From positions 26,440 through 90,439 of the forward strand of contig CAVTHL010000014.1 of the NCBI GenBank assembly GCA_963734465.1: DNA of 64,000 nt, written 5' to 3'. The translations under genes and the position numbers were made by a program. A model generated the notes under the pieces. The model saw only the letters and a program-made list of their open reading frames with translations, did no database searches and was not told the origin of the DNA. Shown here piece after piece: positions 11,211 to 22,409 of this stretch; position 1 is the stretch's first letter, and every line of letters begins with the position of its first letter. The DNA is from an uncultured Alphaproteobacteria bacterium (GTDB taxonomy: Bacteria > Pseudomonadota > Alphaproteobacteria > Rhizobiales > Xanthobacteraceae).

Positions 11211-12949
11211 CTCCAGCGCCTTGATCTGGAGCGCGAGATAGCGCGAGAAGATGCGGCATTGCGCCAGCGAGCCGGCGGTGAACCAGAGGCCTTGCTGCGC
11301 GGTGCGCCGCCACATGTTGCGCAATTCGCCGCCGTCGTCGAAGCCCCAGACCGGGCCGATCTTGTCGGCGATCTCGTCGCCGAGATAAAGCCGCGCGGCC
11401 TCCTGCTGGTTCTTGTAGCCGGTCGCCAGCACCAGCAGCTCGGCCGGCACCGTGCTGCCGTCGCGCAACAGCGCGCCGCCGGCGGCGAATGTGTCGATGT
11501 CGGAGAATTGCAGCAGCTTCACTTTGCCGGAGATGATCAGCTCGGAGCAGCCGACATTGAAGTAATAGCCGCCGCCGCGGCGCAGATACATCATCTGGAA
11601 GCCGGTCTCGTCCTCGCCGAACCACAGCCGGAAGCCGCGCGCGGCGAGCGCCTCGAGCAGCTCCTTGTCGACGACGCGGCCCTTGGCGGTCGAGACCTGA
11701 TAGGAGCGCTGCAGCACGGGGTAGGGCATCGAGGTCGCCAGCAGGTCGCAGTCGTCGAACGGAATGCCTTCCGAATAGATGGCGTAGACGCTCTGCGCTT
11801 CCTTCAGGCTCACGACATAGGTCTTGCTGCGCTGGATGATGGTGACGTCGGCGCCGTGCGCCTGCAGCTCCTGCGCCACGTCATGGCCGCTGGTGCCGGT
11901 GCCGAGCACGAGCGCCTTGCGGCCGCGCCAATGTCTCGGCGTCTTTGAAGTCGCCGGAATGCACCACCGTGCCGGCGAAGTCCTTCAGCCCGGGCAGGTC
12001 GGGATAAGAGGGAATGCTGCTGACGCCGGTCGCGAAGATCAAATGGCGCGGATGCATCACGCGCGTTGTTGCCGTCGCGCTTGAGCGTGACCGACCAAGC
12101 TTGCGCTTGTCGTCATAGCTGCCGGCGACGAGCTCGGTGCCGGTCCAGAAATTCAGCTCCATGGCGTCGACGTAGAATTCGAACCAGTTGGCGAGCTTGT
12201 CCTTCGGGATATAGACCGGAAAATTCGGCGGGAACGGCAGATAGGGCAGGTGATTGACGAACACCTCGTTGTGCAGCGTCAGCGAGTGGTAGCGCGTGCG
12301 CCAGTTGTCGCCGACGCGGGTGTGGCGGTCGACGATCAGCGTATCGATGCCGAGCTGGCCGAGCCGCGCGGCAATCGAAAGCCCCGCCTGGCCGCCGCCG
12401 ACCACCAGCACCGCCGGGATCGCGGTCGGCAAATTCACGCTGCTTCTTCAGCCGGTCGGTCCAGTTTTCGGCGCCGAAGTCGCGGGTCGAATCCGGTGGC
12501 GCGCGCCGCTTGAATTCCTCTTCGTGGCCGCGCAGCTCGTGCAGATTGGTGTTCAGCGTCCAGGCGCGCAATTGCCCTTGGTCATCGGGCACCAGCCGCA
12601 GCACGCCGTTGCAGGGGCCGAAGGCGGTCTCGAAATCGAACAAGACTTCGATGGCATCGGTGCCGGCGCGGCTGACCCAGCGCGGCGGCGTGCGCTGCGG
12701 CGGAATGCGGAAGTTTTTCGGCTTGGTGCGCGCCAGCGTCTCGCGCAGCGTCGTCTCGATGGCCGCGCGGCCCGCCATGGTCTGGATGGTCCAGGTGAAG
12801 GCCAAGAGGTCGCGCCAGAGGCCGTCCGCCAGGAACAAGGCCGCCGCCGCTGCCGCATCTTGTGTCTGCAAGGCGGCTTCGAATTGCGCGAGCCAGCCTT
12901 GCGCGTCGGCGAGCGCGCTCGTCTGTTTTCGCTCGGCGATGTTCATCAT
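11193..12949 (-). CDS. Flavin-containing monooxygenase with N-terminal extension (type II FMO-like), several frameshifts
   Basis: [28 protein letters not shown] and ATGY motifs across three frames. Confidence 0.8.
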
Positions 12950-15709
12950 GACGTCTTTGGGCGTCTTGGCCAGCTGCTCTTTCAGCCGGTAGAGCGCTTC
13001 CATGGCGTCGCGCGGCGACATGTCGTCGGGATTGAGCGCGGCGATGGCCGCGGCGAGCAGGTCGTGCGCGGCCTCCTGCATTTCCGCCGACGGCTTGTAG
13101 GGCGCGGCGAACAGCGGCAGGTCCTCGAAGCCCTTCGGCGCGGCGCGATCCTCCTGCTCGAGCTTGGCGAGCACCACCTTGGCGCGCTCGATCACGCTTT
13201 GCGGCAGGCCGGCGAGCTTGGCCACCTGGATGCCGTAGGAGCGGTCGGCGGCGCCGGCGGTGACCTCGTGCAGGAACACCACCTCGCCCTGCCATTCCTT
13301 CACTTTCACCGTCGCGTTGTGCAGCCGGGGAAGGCGCGCGGCGAGCGCGGTCAGCTCGTGGAAATGCGTGGCGAACAGCGCGCGGCAATTGTTGACGTCG
13401 TGCAGGTGCTCGACCGTCGCCCAGGCGATCGACAGGCCGTCGAAGGTGGCGGTGCCGCGGCCGATCTCGTCGAGGATCACCAGCGCACGCGCGCCCGCCT
13501 GATTGAGGATGGCGGCGGTCTCCACCATCTCGACCATGAAGGTCGAGCGCCCGCGCGCCAGATCGTCGGCCGCGCCGACGCGCGAGAACAGCCGGTCGAC
13601 CACGCCGATGCGCGCGGATTTCGCCGGCACGAACGAGCCCATCTGCGCCAGGATCGCGATCAGCGCGTTCTGCCGCAGGAAGGTGGACTTGCCCGCCATG
13701 TTGGGGCCGGTGATCAGCCAGATGCGGCCGGCTTTCGGCTTCGGGCGGCGGCGACAGATCGCAATCATTGGCGACGAACGGCGTGCCGTCTTTCGACAAA
13801 GCCTGCTCGACCACGGCGTGGCGGCCGCCCTCGATGACGAAATCGAGGCTGTCGTCGACGACCGGGCGGGCGTAATCGCGCTCGGCGGCAAGATGGGCGA
13901 GCGCGGCGGCGACGTCGAGGCGGGCGAGCGCCTCGGCGCAGTCCTTGATCGCCTCGGTTTCGGCGATCACTGCGCTGGCGAGCCGCTCGAAAATGTCGAG
14001 CTCCAGCCCGAGCGCGCGCTCGGCCGCGCTGGCGATCTTGGATTCCAATTCGCCCAACTCGGTGGTGGTGAAGCGCACCTGGCCGGCGAGCGTCTGGCGA
14101 TGGATGAACGTTGCATTCGCCGCCATCAGCTTGTCGCCGTGCTGGGCGGTCACCTCGACGAAATAGCCGAGCACATTGTTGTGGCGGATCTTCAAGCCGC
14201 GCACGCCGGTGTCTTCGGCGTAGCGCGCCTGCAGCGCGGCGATGACGCGGCGGGATTCGTCGCGCAGCGCGCGCAGCTCGTCGAGCGCCTTGTCGTAGCC
14301 TTCGCGCACGAAGCCGCCGTCGCGCTTGAAGGCAGGCAGCTCGGCGGCGAGCGCAGCCGAGAGTTCGGCCGCCAGCATGCCGTCCGGGCGGCGGCAGGAT
14401 TGCATGGCTTGCGCGATCTCGGCGGGCGGTTCCTTGAGCGCGCCGAGCGCGCGCGCAAGCTCGGCGGCGGCCAGAATGCCGTCGCGGATGGCGGCGAGAT
14501 CGCGCGGGCCGGCGCGGCCGACGGCGATACGTGCCAGCGCGCGCGCCAGATCGGGCGCCGCGGCAAGCCGCGAGCGCGTCTCGGCGCGCAAAGCGCCAGT
14601 CCTCGACGAAGGCGCCGACCGCATCGAGCCGATTGGCAATCGCTGCGGGATCGGTCAGCGGCGCCGACAGTCTTTGCGCCAGCAGGCGCGAGCCGGCGGC
14701 GGTCACCGTGCGGTCGATGGCGTCCGAGCAGCGAGCCGCGCCGCTCGCCCGACAGCGTGCGCATCAATTCGAGATTGCCGCGCGTCGCCTGGTCGATCGC
14801 CATGGTGGCGCCGGCGCTCTCGCGCAACGGCGGCGACAGCGGCGGGCGCTTGCCGATCTGCGTGCGCTCGACGTAAGTGACGCAGGCGGCCGCCGCGGTC
14901 AGCTCCAGCCGCGACAGCGTGCCGAAGGCCTCGCTGGTGGCGACCGCGAAGAACGAGGTCAGCCGCCGCTCGGCGGTGGCGGCGTCGAACACGTCGCGCG
15001 TCAGCGGCGTCACCGCCGGCAGCGAGCGCCAGAAGGCGGCAAGGTCCGCCTCGCTGTAGAGCGCGTCGGAGACGATGATCTCGCTCGGCTCCAGCCGCGC
15101 GATTTCGGCGGCGAGCGAGAGACGGTCGCATTCGGTGATGCGGAATTCGCCGGTCGAGATATCGATCCAGGCGAGCGCAAAGCGCGTGTCCTCGCCGACC
15201 GACGACAGCCGGGCGCGCGCAACGCTGAGCAGATAATTGTTGCGCTTGGCGTCGAGCAGCGTGTCTTCGGTGAGCGTGCCGGGCGTCACCAGCCGCACCA
15301 CGTCGCGCCGCACCACGCTCTTGGCGCCGCGCTTGCGCGCCTCCGCCGGATCTTCGAGCTGCTCGCAGACCGCGACGCGGTGGCCGAGCGCGATCAGGCG
15401 GTGCAGATATTCGTCGGCGCGCAGCACCGGCACGCCGCACATCGGAATGTCCTGGCCGTGATGCTTGCCGCGCTTGGTGAGCACGATGCCGAGCGCGCGC
15501 GAGGCGGTCTCGGCGTCCTCGAAGAACAATTCGTAGAAATCGCCCATCCGGTAGAACAGCAGACAATCCGGATTGGCGGTTTTGATCTCGATGTATTGCT
15601 CCATCACCGGAGTCACGCGACCGGCGTCGCCGGCCGCGGGCGTGACGGGCCCGTCGCCGTCCTTCGGCGGTTCGGGCTCGGACATGCCGATGGGGTGCGT
15701 CAGCGCCAT
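12946..15709 (-). CDS. mutS: DNA mismatch repair protein MutS, frameshifts near 14720, 14595, 13740 and probably at the 3' end
   Basis: [60 protein letters not shown]. Confidence 0.95.
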
Positions 15710-15768
15710 GGGCGCGAGGTTAGCCAGAAGTGGGCCGCGTTTCTACAGCGCCGGCCACGCCGCAATGC

Positions 15769-15800
15769 GTCATGCCCGGCTTTATGCCGGGCATCCACGC
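15769..15800. repeat. REP-like palindrome
   Basis: ATGCCCGGC-TTTAT-GCCGGGCAT hairpin, related to the element at 63521-63627. Confidence 0.6.
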
Positions 15801-15807
15801 CTTTCGG

Positions 15808-16818
15808 TCAGGTCTTGAACTTCGCGCCGGTGATCCGCTCCAGATTGCCGTGCCAGATCTTCTCCTTGTCGGCCTTCGGCATGTCGATGCCTTCCAGGAT
15901 GCGCAGCGTTTCGCGCGTATACATGGTGCCTTTCTCAGGATCGAACGGGCAGTCGGAGGCGAACACGATCTTGTCGAGATCGTAGAAGGCGAAGCCCGCG
16001 TGCGTCGCCGGCACGCCGCCGAACACGGCGGTGTCGGCGTAGAACGAGTGCTTGAAGTAGTCGAGCGGCCGCTTCTTCAATTGGCCGAGCAGCGCGTGCA
16101 GGTCCTCGTCCGAGGTGCGCGCGCCGAGCTGGTCCCAGCCCGGGCCGATGCGGCCTTCCAGCATCGGCACGATGCCGCCGAAATGGTGGGTGATGATTTT
16201 CAGGTTCGGATACTTGTCCATGATCTTGGAGAACACCAGCCGCGCCATGGCTGCCGCGGTTTCGTAGGACCAGCCGAAGGTCCACCAGATTTCGTATTTC
16301 GATTTCTTCTCGGAAGGATAATCGGGGAAATTGGCGCCGCGCGCCGGATGCAGCCAGATCGGCTTGTTGAGCCGGTTCATGGTCTCCCAGAACGGCTCGA
16401 ACTCGGGCGCGTCGAGCGGCTTGCCGGCGATATTGGTGTGGATCTGCACGCCGAGCGCGCCGCTCTTGATCGCGCGTTCGGCTTCGCGCGCGCCGGCGTC
16501 GGGCGCGCCGATCGCGGCCTCCGCCACCCAGCCGGGGAAATGGTCGGGGTTCTTGGCGCAGATGTCGACGAAGCCGTCGTTGATCAGCTTGCAATATTCG
16601 TTGATCTGCTCGCCCTTGGTCAGCAACTCCATCGGCGGCATCGAGTAGGAGAGGATCTGCGCATAGTCCTTGAAGGTGTCGACGATTTTCTTGCGCACGT
16701 CGATATCGTGCATGCAGGGAATTTCGCGCACGCGCTTGCCGATGTCGCCGTAGCCGCTGTCCACGAGCTTGGCGAAGAATTTCTCCGGGATGAAATGGGT
16801 ATAGGCATCGATACGCAT
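15808..16818 (-). CDS. Amidohydrolase-2 family protein (ACMSD/aromatic-acid decarboxylase-like)
   Basis: IDAYTH, IWLHP, HHFGG, FASDCPF. Confidence 0.8.
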   Translation of the reverse strand: MRIDAYTHFIPEKFFAKLVDSGYGDIGKRVREIPCMHDIDVRKKIVDTFKDYAQILSYSMPPMELLTKGEQINEYCKLINDGFVDICAKNPDHFPGWVAEAAIGAPDAGAREAERAIKSGALGVQIHTNIAGKPLDAPEFEPFWETMNRLNKPIWLHPARGANFPDYPSEKKSKYEIWWTFGWSYETAAAMARLVFSKIMDKYPNLKIITHHFGGIVPMLEGRIGPGWDQLGARTSDEDLHALLGQLKKRPLDYFKHSFYADTAVFGGVPATHAGFAFYDLDKIVFASDCPFDPEKGTMYTRETLRILEGIDMPKADKEKIWHGNLERITGAKFKT

Positions 16819-16861
16819 GGACTTTCCTTCCTTCGTGACCGTGCTTGTCTCGTTGATCGTC

Positions 16862-18562
16862 TCAATAAGGCGTGATGACGTTGAGCAGCGCTTGCCGGCG
16901 GCCGTCGACCACCGCCTCGCGGGCGCGCTTGAGCGCGTCGGGCAGATCGGACGGTTTCTCGACGCGCTCGGCATAGGCGCCTTGCACGCGCGCGATCTCG
17001 TCATAGGGCGGCGCCGGATCGAGATCGGCGAGCAAGCGGCCGTCGTTCTCGCCGGCAACGGCGTCCTTGAACATCGAGAGCGTGGCGCGCCGCACGGCGC
17101 CGTAACGGCTGTTGTTGAACACGATGGTCAGGATCGGCAACTCGTGCTTGGCGGAGACCCAATGGCCGACGGTCGGATTGCTGAACATGTAGGCGCCGTC
17201 GCCGAGCGTGGCAACGACGAAGGCGTCGGGCGAAGCGAGCTTGGCGCCGAGCGCTGCGCCGAAGCCCCAGCCGAGCCCGCCGGCGGGGCCGAGCGCGAAG
17301 AAAGTGCCCGGCTTCTCGCGCGCGCAATGGTCGGGCCGCAGCGGATATTCGTTGAAGATGATGGCGTCCTCGCCCACCGCCTCGCCGATGGCGCGCGAGA
17401 GATATTCCGGCGAGATGGTCTGCCCCGGCGCGGAATCCTTCGCGAGCTGCGCGCGCCGCGTGCGCATGCGCTCGGTCAGCCGGGCGCGGCGGGCGGCGAT
17501 GCGCGCCTCCGCCATTTGCAGGCGCTGTTCGACCGCCGTGGCGAGCGCCTCCAGCGCGCGGGTGACGCCCGATTGCACGGCGAGATCGCTGGGGAACGAG
17601 CGCATCGGATAGCGCACGAAGAACGGATCCTCGCCGATATGCGCGATGCGGCAGCCGGCGGGCGGGTGCTGCAAATGCGGAATCCACGGCACGTCGGACT
17701 CGAGCACGATCACCAGATCGGCGTCGGCCAGCAGCGCGCCCGGCTCGAAGCCGAAATGCATGGGGTGGCTCGACGGCAGGCAGACCGTGCGCGGATTGTG
17801 CGTGACGACCGGAATGGCGCAGCGCTCGGCCAGATGCCCGAGCACCTCGACCGCGGCGGGGCTCAGCGTGGCGGCAATGATGAGCGGGCGCTCGGCCGCC
17901 GCGATCCATTCGGCGAGCGTCGCGATGCTGCGCGGATCGGGATAGGCGTCGGGCGCCTGCGGGCGCGGCTTCACCGGCCCGACCGGCTCGGCCAGCGGCG
18001 CCGACAGCGGCTCGCGCGGCAGCACCAGATAGACCGGCCCGCGCGGATGCGCCATCGCGACTTCGACAGCGCGCGCCGCCACATCGCCGACCTGGCCGGG
18101 CTGACGCAATTCGTAATCCCATTTCACCAGCTCGCGCACCATGCCGGCCTGATCGAACATTTCCTGCGCCCAATGGATCGGGCGCGAGCGCGAGCCGAAC
18201 GAGCCCTTCTCGGTGATCGGCGTGCGCCCGGCGCAGAGGATCAGCGGCGCGCGGTCGCGCGACAGGTTGGTGAGATTGTTGATGGTGTTGGCGGTGCCGA
18301 CATTGACGTGCACCATCACCGCCTGCGGGTGGCCGTTCATCAGATAGGCGCCATGCGCCATGGCGACCGCGAGATTTTCATGCGGCACCAGGACCGGTTT
18401 CGGTACCTTGGCGTTGGTCTTCTTGGCGCGGCTGAAGGCTTCCACGATCGGCGGGAAATCGGTGCCGGGATTGGCGAAGAAATAATCGACGCCGTGGTCG
18501 GCCAGCGCGCGCAGGAAGCCCTCGGCGGCGATCATTGGCCGTTGTGCGGTCGGTGCGGCCAT
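16862..18562 (-). CDS. Thiamine-pyrophosphate-requiring enzyme (decarboxylase/acetolactate synthase superfamily)
   Basis: NPGTDF, HEN, GDGAY...NNSRY TPP-binding motif. Confidence 0.9.
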   Translation of the reverse strand: MAAPTAQRPMIAAEGFLRALADHGVDYFFANPGTDFPPIVEAFSRAKKTNAKVPKPVLVPHENLAVAMAHGAYLMNGHPQAVMVHVNVGTANTINNLTNLSRDRAPLILCAGRTPITEKGSFGSRSRPIHWAQEMFDQAGMVRELVKWDYELRQPGQVGDVAARAVEVAMAHPRGPVYLVLPREPLSAPLAEPVGPVKPRPQAPDAYPDPRSIATLAEWIAAAERPLIIAATLSPAAVEVLGHLAERCAIPVVTHNPRTVCLPSSHPMHFGFEPGALLADADLVIVLESDVPWIPHLQHPPAGCRIAHIGEDPFFVRYPMRSFPSDLAVQSGVTRALEALATAVEQRLQMAEARIAARRARLTERMRTRRAQLAKDSAPGQTISPEYLSRAIGEAVGEDAIIFNEYPLRPDHCAREKPGTFFALGPAGGLGWGFGAALGAKLASPDAFVVATLGDGAYMFSNPTVGHWVSAKHELPILTIVFNNSRYGAVRRATLSMFKDAVAGENDGRLLADLDPAPPYDEIARVQGAYAERVEKPSDLPDALKRAREAVVDGRRQALLNVITPY

Positions 18563-18685
18563 CTCGTTTCGCCCCCAAGTTCCGCGTGCGAGCGGATGTT
18601 TTGGTTATTACGGGGAGTCTTACTCGACCGGGGGTGGGGCTGACAACGCGGCTATCTTGGCGGCTATCCGGCGCCTATTCGGCAG

Positions 18686-20218
18686 CTATTCCGCCGCCAT
18701 CGGCAGGCTGGCGTGGCCCTCGATTGCGGCCAGGCATTTGGCGAGACCTTCGCCCTCGGGATCGACCAGCGCGGCGGTGCGCGCGCTGGCGATCGCGTCG
18801 GCGGCCTGCGCGAGCGGGATATGACCCGCCAAGGCCGGGCGGATCACGCGCGTCTCGATCGCCGCGTAATTGGCGGTGCCGCGCGCATGCGTGTCGCCGT
18901 AGCCCTTGATCAGCCGCGCGCATTCGGCAACTTCGAGCGCGAGGTCGGTCGATTGCCGCGCCGCCTCGACGATCAGCGCGAGCCAGGCCTCGATCGCCTT
19001 CTGCTCCTGCTTGTAGCGGTGGCCGAAGGGCCGCAGCGCGCGCAGCTTGGCGAGCATCAGGAAACGCAGGTAACCGGAGATCGAGGTCGAATTGATCTCC
19101 ATGCCGAAATAGACGCGGCCGAGCCAGCCGCGGCGGGCGGAAATGTGCAGGATCGGCCGCGCCAGCAACGGCGGCAGCAGCTGGCACATCTCCTCGATGC
19201 CGGGCTTGAGGAAATCGTGCACCGAGAACGGCTCGTCCTTGACGCGCAATTCCTCGCGCGCGATGCGGGCCATGCGTGCGGGCGCGATCTTGGCCTGCGC
19301 CACGCGCACCACGTCTTCATATGACATGCGCACGGCGAGATGGCGGGCGACTTCCTTCAGCAGCTTGCCGTGCGCGCCGGCCGCCTCGTCGGCTTCGAGG
19401 ATGGGCTTGAGGCGGTCGATATAGAGCCGCGCGTAATTGGCGCTCTGGTAAGGCACCAGCCGGCGCACGCCTTCCTGCGCGGTCGCCTGCGCCAGCGCCG
19501 GGAAGGTCCAGGCCACCGCCTGTTCGAGCGACTGACGGGTGGCGGCGGCGTTTTTCTTCTTGTCGGGGATTTTCGCCGGCTGCACTTTGGCGCGCGCGAC
19601 GTCGAGGCCGGCGCGGAAGCCGCGCACATTGGCGTCGACCTGCTTGCCGTCGGCGCGCACCGCGGCTTCGAGCTGCTCGGCGGTGAGCGGCAGGCGGCCG
19701 GTGCCGGCGATGGCGCCGAGCATGACCGCGTTGATGATCGAGCCGCTCTGCTGCGCCAGCCGCGCCATGTCGATCAGCACGGTCTCGCGCGCGTGCTCCG
19801 TGATGACCTTGGTGAGCTTGTCCTGATCGAAGCGGCCGTCGCCCATCGCGATCTTCTCGTCCATGGCATAGAAGCGGCTGGTCGAGGCGATCACGAAAGT
19901 GCGGTCGGGCGTGACGAAGCCGTTCGCCACCGTGCGCCCGGCTTCCAGCAGTTCGCTGGTGACCGCGATGTCGATGTCGCCGACGCCGGGCGTGAGCGCC
20001 AGCACCGGCCGCTTGCCGTTGAGCGTCTCGGCGCGCACCGGCAGGATCTCGATGTAATAGGTGGTGGCGCCGGTGCGCTGCGCGACGCCGGGGATCGAGG
20101 TCGACTGCACCGGGAAGCCGGCTTCGGCCGCCGCTTCCACGATCCAATTGGTGAGCACGCCGCCGCCTTCGCCGCCGAGCGCGGCAATCAGCATGGTGAT
20201 GGGACGCGGCGTGCTCAT
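18686..20218 (-). CDS. iorB: Indolepyruvate:ferredoxin oxidoreductase beta-subunit family protein with C-terminal extension
   Basis: ALGGEGG, GVAQRTGATTYY, MSYED, LIKGYG; overlaps the iorA stop. Confidence 0.85.
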   Translation of the reverse strand: MSTPRPITMLIAALGGEGGGVLTNWIVEAAAEAGFPVQSTSIPGVAQRTGATTYYIEILPVRAETLNGKRPVLALTPGVGDIDIAVTSELLEAGRTVANGFVTPDRTFVIASTSRFYAMDEKIAMGDGRFDQDKLTKVITEHARETVLIDMARLAQQSGSIINAVMLGAIAGTGRLPLTAEQLEAAVRADGKQVDANVRGFRAGLDVARAKVQPAKIPDKKKNAAATRQSLEQAVAWTFPALAQATAQEGVRRLVPYQSANYARLYIDRLKPILEADEAAGAHGKLLKEVARHLAVRMSYEDVVRVAQAKIAPARMARIAREELRVKDEPFSVHDFLKPGIEEMCQLLPPLLARPILHISARRGWLGRVYFGMEINSTSISGYLRFLMLAKLRALRPFGHRYKQEQKAIEAWLALIVEAARQSTDLALEVAECARLIKGYGDTHARGTANYAAIETRVIRPALAGHIPLAQAADAIASARTAALVDPEGEGLAKCLAAIEGHASLPMAAE

Positions 20219-22357
20219 GCGGCGACCTGTCCGTTATAGCCGCCGAGCCAGCCGATCACTTTCAGCCGCAGGCGATGCATCAGGCGGTCGCGCCAATTGG
20301 CGTTGCGCACGATCTCGGCGCGATAGAACGACGGGCATAGCACCGCGGCATGCGCGACCTCGCCGCACAGGCCGCAGCCGACGCAACTCTCCACCACGGT
20401 TGCCACAGGATCGGTGCGCAGCGGATCGGTCGAGGGCTTCACGGTGAGCGACGGGCAGCCCGACAGCCGGATGCAGGAGTGGTCGCCGGTGCAGATCTCG
20501 TCGTCGACGCCGTAGCGCGTGCGCGTCACGCGCTCGCCGCGCTCGAGCTTCTCGGCGTCCTCGACGCGCACGCGGCGCTGGCGCGCCAACTGGCATTCGC
20601 CGTCGGCGATGATGACCTTGAGGCCTTTCTCGGCGGTCTGCATCGCCTCCTTCAGCGTCTTCACCATCTTGCTGACGCCGTAGGTGCGCACCGTGCGCAG
20701 CCATTTCACGCCCATCGACCGCAGCGTCTGCTCGATATCGACGCCGGGCGTCGGGCCGTCGCGGCTGGTGGTGCTCGACGGGATGTATTGCTGGCCGGTG
20801 GCGGAGGCGTAGCCGTTCTGCATCACGATCAGCACGCCGTCGCCTTTGTTGAACAGGTTCGACGCGACGCCGGTGATCAGGCCGTTATGCCAGAAGCCGC
20901 CGTCGCCCATGATCGCGATCGGGCGCCGCTCCATGTTGGGCGTCACCGCCGCGGCGCTCGCCAAGGACATGCCGTAGCCGAGGATCGAGTTGCCGAGCGA
21001 GAACGGCGCGAAGGTCGCGAACGAATGACAGCCGATGTCGGCCGAGATGTGCGTCGGGCCGAGCTCGCGCTGCATCAGCTTGATGGCGGAGAACACCGGC
21101 CGCTCCGGGCAGCCGGTGCAGAACGCCGGCGGGCGCGGCGGCAGCGGCCCGAGCGCGGCGGCGGCTTTCGCCTTGTGCGCGATCAGGCCGCGCGCTTTTT
21201 CGGCGAGCGTGTCGGCGTCGATGCCTTTGGGCCGCGTCGCTTGCAGGAAGGCCGCGAGGCCTTCCAGCAGCACATCGGAGGAATATTCGCCGGCCTGCGG
21301 CAGCGGGCCCTTGCCGAGCACTTTGGTCTGGATGTCGGCGCGGCGCAGTTCGACATTGACCGCCTGCTCGATGTAATCGGGATTGCCTTCTTCCACCACC
21401 AGCACCGCGCGCTTGGACGCGCAGAACTCGCGGATCTCTTCCGGCACCAGCGGATAGACGACGTTGAGCACCAGCAGCGGCACGCGCGAGGCGCCGAACA
21501 CGTCGGCAAGGCCCATGCGCTCGAGCGCGCGCAGCACGCTGTTGGTCAGGCCGCCCATGACGATGATGCCGATGTCGGACACATCGCCGTCGATGATTTC
21601 GTTGAGCTTGTGCTCGCGGATGAATTTGCGCGCCGCCGGCAGGCGCTCCTCGACCTTCAGCTTCTCCTGCGTGAAGATCACCGGCGGGTGCGCCAGCCGC
21701 CCGTATTCGAAGCGCGGCGGGCCGGCGAGCTTGTTGAGGCCGGACACGACGCCCTTGCGGTTATCCTTGGCGGCGAATTCACCGGTGGCGTGGCAGGCGC
21801 GGATGCGCAGCTCCAGCATCACCGGCGCGTGGCTCGCTTCCGACAGCTCGAAGCCCTTCTCGACCGTGCGCACGATCGACGGCAGATCGGGGCGCGGGTC
21901 GAGCAGCCACATCGAGGATTTCAGCGCATAGGCATAGGAGCGTTCCTGGATGACGCTGGCGCCTTCGCCGTAGTCCTCGCCGAGGATGATCATGGCGCCG
22001 CCGACCACGCCGGGCGACGACAGATTGGAGAGCGCGTCGGCCGCCACATTGGTGCCGACGATCGACTTCCAGGTCACCGCGCCGCGCAAGGGGTAATTGA
22101 TCGAGGCGCCGAGCATGGCGGCGGCGCGAGGCCTCGTTCGAGCAGGTCTCCAGATGCACGCCGAGCTCGGACATGATGTCCTCGGCGTCGACCAGCACGT
22201 CGAGCAGATGCGACACCGGCGCGCCCTGATAGCCGCCGACATAGGACACGCCCGACTGCAGCAGCGCCTTGGTGACCGCGAGGATGCCTTCGCCGCGGAA
22301 GGTCTCGCCGTCGCCGAGCCTGAGCGCCTGCACTTCCTTCTTGAACGAGCGTTCCAT
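20215..22357 (-). CDS. iorA: Indolepyruvate:ferredoxin oxidoreductase alpha subunit, frameshift near 22130
   Basis: GYQGAP, FCTGCPER, DIGC, GDGGFWHNG, C-terminal CVGCGLC...CP ferredoxin motif. Confidence 0.9.
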
Positions 22358-22409
22358 CGCGGAACTCCGGGCCGATGGTTGGGGTCCAAACTATATTAGC
22401 CGTTTTCGC

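Noticed and set aside
12113-13891. Apparent in-frame MutS-monooxygenase fusion
   Set aside because: A TGA overlapping the monooxygenase ATG (ATGA) sits in the adjacent frame at the junction, so one indel explains the fusion
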